From Actinomycetota bacterium (GTDB taxonomy: Bacteria > Actinomycetota > Acidimicrobiia > Acidimicrobiales > JAFATL01): 64,000 nucleotides of DNA. Each line of letters opens with the position of its first letter. Within the stretch, counting starts at the first letter, position 1. The translations under genes were made by a program, and so were the position numbers. The stretch is taken from NCBI GenBank assembly GCA_041166085.1, contig JBEEFP010000050.1:15114-79113 (forward strand), read 5' to 3'. The notes beneath the pieces were generated by a model. The model had not been told where the DNA came from, did no database searches, and saw nothing but the letters and a program-made list of their open reading frames with translations. Below are positions 58,445 to 64,000 of the stretch, in pieces.

Positions 58445-59437
58445 CTAGAAGAGCTCGATGTCGCCGAGAGCGAGGGCCCATCGGGCCGGCGGCTCGGACC
58501 TGGTGAGGTGGCGAAAGACGAAGGTGGGGCCCTGTCCCGGCACCGGCAGCCAGCCGGCGCGGGGACCGTTGCCCGCTAGCCGCACCGCGTAGTCCGCACC
58601 GGACGCGCGCACCACGCGTCGCAACATGGCGTGGGGACGCGCCGCGGCCCCGGGCACCAAGAGGTCGCACACCGTCGCCTCGACGGCGCGACCGCGACGA
58701 CGGAGGCGGTACACGACGAGCCCGTCCTCGATCCGGCCGCCCGCGAGGGCGACGCGGTAGTGGAGCGGTCCGAACCCGTAGCGCCAGCGGAGGAAGTCCG
58801 GGGTGCGATGGGTGCTGGCCCCGTCGGCGGCCGCGACCGAGCCCAACAGCCGCGCCACCGCGCCGGTGTCGGCGAAGACGTCGGCAGCCGCCTCGCCGGT
58901 CGTCGTGGGGATCGACATCTTCTCGGCCGGCACCGCCGCCCCCGCCAGCTTGGGAAGGGCCAACAGGCCGCGGGGTCGGGCCCACAGCGGCAGGCGCGCC
59001 ACCACCTGCCATCCCATCTTGAGATAGCCGGGCCGGCTCTTCTCGTTCGGCGTGTTGAAGACGAACGCCACCCCCTCCGCCTCCATGGCATCGAGCGCGT
59101 GCAGCGTCAGCTTGGAGAAGATGCCCCGGCCCTGGAAGTCAGGGTGGGTCGCGGTGTCCACCGCGCGCACCGCGGGCATGGTCACGCCGTCGACGTCCCA
59201 CTCCCATCGCAAGAAGGTGCGGAACCCGGCCAGGCGACCGTCGGCCTCGGCCACCCACGCCGCCGATCGACCGAAGGCGTTCTCCTGGTGCTTCCACCGG
59301 AAGAAGTCGCGCGTCAGGTCGTCGGGCACCCACCCCATCGACGCCTGGAGCAGCTCCAGCACCGCGGCCTCGTCGGCCACCGCGTCGAACGGCCGGATGA
59401 CGAGATCGGTGGCAGGCCCGGATGCACCGGGCGTCAC
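58445..59437 (-). CDS. GNAT family N-acetyltransferase (two-domain, ~330 aa)
   Basis: The acetyl-CoA motif is VDTATHPDFQGRGIFSKLTLHALDAMEAEGVAFVFNTPN. The GTG at 59437 forms a GTGA overlap with the arsC-fusion stop. Confidence 0.7.
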   Translation of the reverse strand: MTPGASGPATDLVIRPFDAVADEAAVLELLQASMGWVPDDLTRDFFRWKHQENAFGRSAAWVAEADGRLAGFRTFLRWEWDVDGVTMPAVRAVDTATHPDFQGRGIFSKLTLHALDAMEAEGVAFVFNTPNEKSRPGYLKMGWQVVARLPLWARPRGLLALPKLAGAAVPAEKMSIPTTTGEAAADVFADTGAVARLLGSVAAADGASTHRTPDFLRWRYGFGPLHYRVALAGGRIEDGLVVYRLRRRGRAVEATVCDLLVPGAAARPHAMLRRVVRASGADYAVRLAGNGPRAGWLPVPGQGPTFVFRHLTRSEPPARWALALGDIELF

Positions 59438-60108
59438 TGCCGGTAGTGCTCGACCGTGTCGATGTCGCGCGCGTGCGCCTCTTCGGGATCCTGACCGGTG
59501 TGGCGCTTGGCCCGACGTTGCCGGAGCAGGTCCCAGCACTGGTCGAGACCCTCCTCGAGGTGGCGCAGGCGGGCCTCCTCGTCCTCCTTGAGCCCGGCGG
59601 CACCACGCGTGCGCAGCTCGTGCTCTTCGTCGACGAGCTTGTTGATGCGCTCGAGGATGTCCTGGTCGTCCATGCCCCCGACGCTACCCACGTCCGGCGC
59701 CCTACGGCACGGGTTCACCAGCAGCTCCCTGAGGAGTGCCCGAACCCGCTTGTCGATCTCCTCGACGATCGGTCGCACCTCTTCGACCGACTTCCCAGCC
59801 GGATCGTCGAGCTCCCAATCGAGGTAGCGCTTCCCGGGGTAGAAGGGACAGGCGTCGCCGCATCCCATGGTCACGATCACGTCAGCGTCGCGAGCGGCGA
59901 TGTCGGTCAGCGGTTTGGGGAAGTGCCGATCGGGGTCGAGGCCGCGCTCCCGGAGCACCGCCGCCACCGAGGGGTTGACCTCCGAACCGGGAGCGGAGCC
60001 CGCCGAGCGGACCTCGACCCGACCACGGCCGAGGTGCTCGGTGAGGACCGCGGCGGCGATCGAGCGGCCCGCGTTGTGCACGCATACGTACAGGATCTGC
60101 GGCGTCAC
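59434..60108 (-). CDS. arsC: LMW-PTP-type arsenate reductase ArsC fused in frame to a DUF2630-like C-terminal domain
   Basis: The N-terminal ~135 aa contain ILYVCVHNAGRS (CX5R loop), MGCGDACP and DDPAGK. A linker leads to MDDQDILERINKLVDEEHELR...LEEGLDQCWDLLRQRRAKR, typical of stand-alone DUF2630 proteins. It is a single uninterrupted ORF. Confidence 0.8.
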   Translation of the reverse strand: MTPQILYVCVHNAGRSIAAAVLTEHLGRGRVEVRSAGSAPGSEVNPSVAAVLRERGLDPDRHFPKPLTDIAARDADVIVTMGCGDACPFYPGKRYLDWELDDPAGKSVEEVRPIVEEIDKRVRALLRELLVNPCRRAPDVGSVGGMDDQDILERINKLVDEEHELRTRGAAGLKEDEEARLRHLEEGLDQCWDLLRQRRAKRHTGQDPEEAHARDIDTVEHYRQ

Positions 60109-60824
60109 GGCTCGCCGTCCCGGGTCCCGTGCGGCACCACGACGTCGTCCGCGACGCTCGCCACGTCCGGGTAGAGGTAGCGGACGAGCACCAACGCCAC
60201 CCCGCCGCCCACCAACTGCGCGACGACGAACGCGGGCACCGACGAGGGTTCGATACCGGCGAAGGTGTCGCTGAAGGCCCGGCCCACGGTGACCGCCGGG
60301 TTGGCGAAGCTCGTCGAGGACGTGAACCAGTAGGCGCTACCGATGTACGCCGCCACCGCGAACGGAGCGGCGGACGCGCGGCCCGAGCGCACCACGCCGA
60401 AGACGACGAGGACCAGGCCGGCTGTCGCAACCACCTCGGCCAGCCAGAACCCGCCCCCCGAGCGCGCCCTCATCGACCAGTCGACCGCCCGCACGTCGAA
60501 CATGAGGTTGGCGAGGACACAACCTGCGATTGCCCCCGTGAGCTGCGCGGCCACGTACGCACCGATGTCGCGCAACGACAACCCGCCGAACGCCGCGTCC
60601 ACCAGCGAGATCACCGGATTCAGGTGGGCGCCGGACACCGGCCCAACCGCCAGGATGATCGCGACCAGTCCGCCCGCGGTGGCTGCCGCGTTCTCGAGCA
60701 ACTGCAGCCCGGTGTCGGCCGGCGACATCCGCTGGGCCGCGATGCCCGAGCCGACGACAACGGTGACGAGCAGACCGGTGCCGACGAACTCCGCGAGGGC
60801 GCGGCGGCCGCGGCCGCCGTCCAT
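60105..60824 (-). CDS. MIP-family channel (aquaglyceroporin; AqpS-like arsenite channel by context)
   Basis: The two signature motifs are SGAHLNPVISL and FANPAVTVGRAF. There are six hydrophobic spans. It has a 4-nt overlap with the arsC start. Confidence 0.85.
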   Translation of the reverse strand: MDGGRGRRALAEFVGTGLLVTVVVGSGIAAQRMSPADTGLQLLENAAATAGGLVAIILAVGPVSGAHLNPVISLVDAAFGGLSLRDIGAYVAAQLTGAIAGCVLANLMFDVRAVDWSMRARSGGGFWLAEVVATAGLVLVVFGVVRSGRASAAPFAVAAYIGSAYWFTSSTSFANPAVTVGRAFSDTFAGIEPSSVPAFVVAQLVGGGVALVLVRYLYPDVASVADDVVVPHGTRDGEP

Positions 60825-60840
60825 CAGAAGGCGACCACGT

Positions 60841-61182
60841 TCACGCGCGCACGGGCACTGCCAGCGCGTCGCGCAGCACCGCGAGCCGCTCGGGTACGAC
60901 GCGGTACCACGCCCACTTCCCCCGCTTCTCGCGGGTGATGAGGCCGGCCTCGGTGAGGGTGGACAGGTGATGGGAGACCGTGGGCTGGCTCTTGCTCACG
61001 GGTTCCACCAGATCGCAGGCACACGCCTCGCCGTTCGCTCCGGCGGCGATGAGCGACAGGAGCCGGAGCCGCACCGGGTCGGCCAGCACCTTGAACGCTG
61101 CGGCGAGCTCGTCGGCCTCGTCGGGGTCGAGGGCACCCTCCAGGACGGGCCCACAGCACGGTGCGATCGTCTTGATGTCCAT
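60841..61182 (-). CDS. arsR: ArsR/SmtB family metalloregulator
   Basis: FKVLADPVRLRLLSLIAAGANGEACACDLVEPVSKSQPTVSHHLSTLTEAGLI is the wHTH with a CxC sensing site. The ATG at 61182 is preceded by GGGAGG. Confidence 0.85.
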   Translation of the reverse strand: MDIKTIAPCCGPVLEGALDPDEADELAAAFKVLADPVRLRLLSLIAAGANGEACACDLVEPVSKSQPTVSHHLSTLTEAGLITREKRGKWAWYRVVPERLAVLRDALAVPVRA

Positions 61183-61222
61183 CTCCGGCCTCCCGACCAC
61201 GGGTCCTGCGCTGGCGAACATA

Positions 61223-61260
61223 TTGACAGCGGTCTATGTTCCTCGTAGTGTCGCATAGAC
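61223..61260 (+). promoter_or_regulatory. Candidate promoter (-35 TTGACA, 17-nt spacer, -10 TAGTGT) overlapped by inverted repeat GTCTATG-N15-CATAGAC (possible ArsR operator)
   Basis: Read directly: TTGACA at 61223-28, TAGTGT at 61246-51, and inverted-repeat arms at 61232-38 and 61254-60. The element lies in the arsR / arsI-like divergent intergenic region. Confidence 0.4.
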
Positions 61261-61300
61261 AGTGGTCGATGTGACCGTACCTCGTCCGGGAGGAACCCTC

Positions 61301-61774
61301 GTGTCTCGTGTCCAGCTCGCCCTCAACGTGTCCGACATCGAGACCGCGGTCGACTTCTACTCGAAGCTCTTCAAGGCCGAGCCCGCCAAGCGAAAGCCCG
61401 GATACGCCAACTTCGCCATCGACGAGCCCGCCCTCAAGCTGGTGCTGATCGAGAACCCGGGCGCCGAGGGCCGCCTCAACCACCTCGGCGTGGAGGTCAC
61501 CTCCGCCGACGACGTCGGCGCGGCGCAGCGCCGGCTGGCGGGCGAGGGAGTGGCCACGGCGACCGAGGACAACGTCACGTGTTGCTACGCGGTCCAGGAC
61601 AAGGTGTGGGTCGACGATCCTGACGGCGCACCGTGGGAGATCTACACGGTGCTCGCCGACGCCGACACGCCCAACGGTGAGCTCGGCGCGGTCGACGCGT
61701 GCGGCGCGGGTGCGTGCGCCACCGAGCCCCTCCCCGCCGACGCAGGCACGGCGACAGTGAAGGGATGCTGCTGA
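61301..61774 (+). CDS. ArsI/CadI-family VOC (glyoxalase-fold) protein with vicinal Cys pair and Cys-rich tail
   Basis: The motifs VSRVQLALNVSDIETAVDFYSKLF, LNHLGVEV and NVTCCYAVQDKVWV are present, with a tail DACGAGAC...KGCC. The GTG at 61301 is preceded by GGGAGGA at 6-7 nt. Confidence 0.75.
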   Translation: MSRVQLALNVSDIETAVDFYSKLFKAEPAKRKPGYANFAIDEPALKLVLIENPGAEGRLNHLGVEVTSADDVGAAQRRLAGEGVATATEDNVTCCYAVQDKVWVDDPDGAPWEIYTVLADADTPNGELGAVDACGAGACATEPLPADAGTATVKGCC

Positions 61775-61813
61775 TGTCGTGGCGTCCCCCCGCTGATCCG
61801 ACCGCGCCGTCCG

Positions 61814-61930
61814 TCAGCTGCGGCCGCGGTGGAACAACAGCGTGAGGACGACGACGAGGATGGGCCCGACCAGGGCGATCGTCGGCATCACCCACGTGGG
61901 CGGGTCGATGACGGCGACGAGCTCGATCAC
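61814..61930 (-). CDS. Candidate 38-aa single-span membrane peptide
   Basis: The product is VIELVAVIDPPTWVMPTIALVGPILVVVLTLLFHRGRS. The GTG at 61930 forms a GTGA overlap with the stop of the preceding 61-aa ORF. Confidence 0.3.
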   Translation of the reverse strand: MIELVAVIDPPTWVMPTIALVGPILVVVLTLLFHRGRS

Positions 61931-62112
61931 TCGTCGTCCTTGCTGCGGCTCCAGCCGTCGAGAGCGGCGAGCAGCGCGAGGACCACGTACGTCGCGCCGG
62001 TGGTGACGGCGACCCAGCGATGCTCCGGATCGGCAACGGGCGTGAGCGCGAACGCCAGCCCGGCCGCCACCAGGAAGAACACGGCCCGGCGATCCACGGC
62101 CGTCGTCTTCAC
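61927..62112 (-). CDS. Candidate 61-aa two-span membrane protein coupled to pit
   Basis: The product is VKTTAVDRRAVFFLVAAGLAFALTPVADPEHRWVAVTTGATYVVLALLAALDGWSRSKDDE. The GTG at 62112 forms a GTGA overlap with the pit stop. Confidence 0.4.
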   Translation of the reverse strand: MKTTAVDRRAVFFLVAAGLAFALTPVADPEHRWVAVTTGATYVVLALLAALDGWSRSKDDE

Positions 62113-63098
62113 CCGAACGCTCGCACGACGTGAGCGGTGAGGAACGCGATCCCGAACGCACCCGGGATGGTCAGCACCCACGCCCAGACCACGCGGGCGG
62201 CCACGCCCCACCGCACCGCCGAGAGCCGGTGGGTGGCGCCCACCCCGACGATGGCACCGGTGATGGTGTGCGTCGTCGACACAGGGATGCCCGCGGCTGA
62301 CGTGAAGAACAGCGTCGCCGCCGCCGCCGACTCCGCGGCCATGCCGCCCACGGGCTGCAGCCGCGTGATGCGCGATCCCATCGTCTTCACGATGCGCCAG
62401 CCGCCCGTGAGCGTGCCCAGGCCGATGGCGGTGTGCGCCGCCAGCACGACCCACAGAGGCACGTCGGCCTCCTTGGGCAGATGCCCGGAGGCGATGAGGA
62501 CGGCGAGGATGATGCCCATGGTCTTCTGAGCGTCGTTGGCACCGTGGCCCAGGCTGAATGCGGCGGCCGAGACGAGCTGACCACGCCGGAAGCCCACGTT
62601 GAGCGCCTCCACCCGCTTCTCGCGGTGGAACAGCCACATGATCAGCACGGTGAGGATGAGGGCGAGGGCGAGCCCGATGAGTGGGGACAGGACGATGAAG
62701 ACGCCGATCTTTCGCAGCCCCGTGCTGACGAGGACGTGGCCGCCCGCGTAGGCGACGGCGGCACCGGAGACGCCGCCGACCAGCGCGTGGGACGAGCTGG
62801 TGGGGAGGCCGAGCCAGAAGGTGAGCAGGTCCCATCCGATGGCGCCGACCAGTCCGGCGAAGACGACGCCGATGGAGAGCACGTCCTGCAAGACCACGTC
62901 CTTGGCGATGGTCGTGGCCACGTGCGTCCCGAAGATGAGGAAGGCGGCGAAGTTGAAGAAGGCGGCCCACGCCACCGCTTGGCGCGGGCTGAGGACCCGC
63001 GTGGACACGACGGTTGCGATCGAGTTGGCTGCGTCGTGGAAGCCGTTGACGAAGTCGAAGGCGAGCGCCACCAGCACGACGATGACCACGCCGAGCAT
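62109..63098 (-). CDS. pit: Inorganic phosphate transporter, PiT family
   Basis: The N-terminus is LAFDFVNGFHDAANSIATVVSTRVLSPRQAV. The repeated GANDAQK motif appears as SLGHGANDAQKTMGII. It is 329 aa. Confidence 0.9.
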   Translation of the reverse strand: MLGVVIVVLVALAFDFVNGFHDAANSIATVVSTRVLSPRQAVAWAAFFNFAAFLIFGTHVATTIAKDVVLQDVLSIGVVFAGLVGAIGWDLLTFWLGLPTSSSHALVGGVSGAAVAYAGGHVLVSTGLRKIGVFIVLSPLIGLALALILTVLIMWLFHREKRVEALNVGFRRGQLVSAAAFSLGHGANDAQKTMGIILAVLIASGHLPKEADVPLWVVLAAHTAIGLGTLTGGWRIVKTMGSRITRLQPVGGMAAESAAAATLFFTSAAGIPVSTTHTITGAIVGVGATHRLSAVRWGVAARVVWAWVLTIPGAFGIAFLTAHVVRAFG

Positions 63099-63107
63099 GC
63101 AGAATCC

Positions 63108-63725
63108 TTACGCGTGCTTGAGCACGATGGACTCGACGACGTCGCCGATGTCCTCGAGGGTGTTCAACGCCGCTTCGAGGGCCTCGATGATGTCCTTCCA
63201 CTTGAGCACATCGAGAGCGTCGTACTCGCCGCTGAACAGGCGCGCCATGGTGCGGCGGTACACGGCGTCGCCTTCGCTCTCCAGGCCGTCGATCGAATCG
63301 AGGTGGGGCTGCACACCCTTCATCTTCTCGAGCCGGCTCATCAGGCCTGAGACCTCCTCCGCCATCTTCACCATGACGTCGGCCTGCTCCTTGACCTCGG
63401 GCAGCAGATCACCAACGCCGGTGAGTTGGAGGAGATAAGAGACGGCGAGCATGTCGTCGACGACGTCGTCGAGCTCCTCGGCCAGGGCGTGGATGTCCTC
63501 GCGGTCGAAGGGCGTGACGAAGGTGGAGCTCAGCCGACGGAGGATCGTCCGGGTGATCTCGTCGCCCCGGCGCTCGCAGTCCACGACGCGGCCGTGTTTC
63601 GTGTCGATGTCGGTGAAGTCGTCGATCAACTCCCGCAGGCGCTCGGCGCACTCGACCACGTTGTCCGACGATGCTCGGAACAGATCGAAGAAGCCGTCGT
63701 CGGTAGGGACCAACCGGAACCGCAC
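63108..63725 (-). CDS. DUF47 / PhoU-like phosphate transport regulator family protein
   Basis: The motifs FFDLFRASSDNVVECAERLRELI, CERRGDEITRTILRRLSSTFVTPFDREDIHALAEELDDVVD are present. It shows the typical pairing upstream of pit. Confidence 0.85.
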   Translation of the reverse strand: MRFRLVPTDDGFFDLFRASSDNVVECAERLRELIDDFTDIDTKHGRVVDCERRGDEITRTILRRLSSTFVTPFDREDIHALAEELDDVVDDMLAVSYLLQLTGVGDLLPEVKEQADVMVKMAEEVSGLMSRLEKMKGVQPHLDSIDGLESEGDAVYRRTMARLFSGEYDALDVLKWKDIIEALEAALNTLEDIGDVVESIVLKHA

Positions 63726-63840
63726 GGCGGGAGACTAGGAGCCCGCAGCGGTCTCCGGCGACACAAGATGGTTTGACCCAGGAAATCCACAGGGTTGTCC
63801 CCCTGTCGACCCACAGGCCAGGCGTCGTAGGGTCCCGAGC

Positions 63841-64000
63841 GTGAGTACCGGGGAGGCGGCGGACACGCTCGTCGCGCACATCGAGGCTGCCCGTGGACGT
63901 CTGGGTGCCCTTGCCACCGCCAGGGTGGATCGGGGCTCGGCCGCGTGCGACTTCGGGCGGGCCCTCGGGGTGGACATCGCCGGACTGGTCGACGACCTCG
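63841..64000 (+). CDS. Possible partial ORF running off the right edge (unknown product)
   Basis: The GTG at 63841 gives VSTGEAADTLVAHIEAARGRLGALATARVDRGSAACDFGRALGVDIAGLVDDL. Third codon positions are GC-rich. No stop lies in the window and no motif was recognised. Confidence 0.25.
   Translation, partial: MSTGEAADTLVAHIEAARGRLGALATARVDRGSAACDFGRALGVDIAGLVDDL

Noticed and set aside
63735-63977. An 80-aa minus-strand ORF at the right edge.
   Set aside because: It is Arg/Ala/Pro-rich and antisense to a plus-strand frame with better third-position GC bias (reported as a low-confidence partial ORF). Neither can be confirmed from 160 nt.

Overview
Very GC-rich, actinobacterial-type chromosome segment with three parts.

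(1) 1-26.4 kb is a conserved housekeeping block. Its gene order matches that known from Streptomyces-like Actinomycetota: pspA region, FtsX-type permease, proB-obg-rpmA-rplU-rne, a radical-SAM/DUF2344 pair, rodA-mrdA-mreD-mreC-mreB, ndk, folC, a short degenerate ValRS-like gene, clpX-clpP-tig, then tRNA-Pro and tRNA-Gly with a decayed extra tRNA-Pro copy.

(2) About 26.4-58.1 kb is an accessory glycan-biosynthesis locus.
- It encodes GT4, GT2 and GT8-like glycosyltransferases.
- It has a Wzy-like membrane protein, a Wzz/BY-kinase, and a Wzm/Wzt ABC exporter.
- It has an AsnB-type amidotransferase and a DegT aminotransferase with a NeuD/PglD-type acetyltransferase.
- Unusually, it carries nine predicted PAPS-dependent sulfotransferases (six with a GxxxSGTT-type loop, three paralogs with a YPRSGHS loop) and a CysQ-type PAP phosphatase.
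- I read this as a candidate system for a heavily sulfated polysaccharide or glycoconjugate. It is the most interesting thing in the window.

(3) 58.4-64 kb holds an arsR-aquaporin-arsC(-DUF2630 fusion)-GNAT operon, a divergent ArsI/CadI-type gene, and DUF47-pit followed by two tiny coupled membrane ORFs.

Many gene junctions are 4-nt GTGA/ATGA start-stop overlaps. I saw no CRISPR array, rRNA, transposase or integrase.

All functional calls come from motif recognition by eye on the supplied translations and my own reading of the DNA. No database search was run. Start codons are often re-assigned downstream of the ORF-track start, because high GC creates long spurious 5' extensions.
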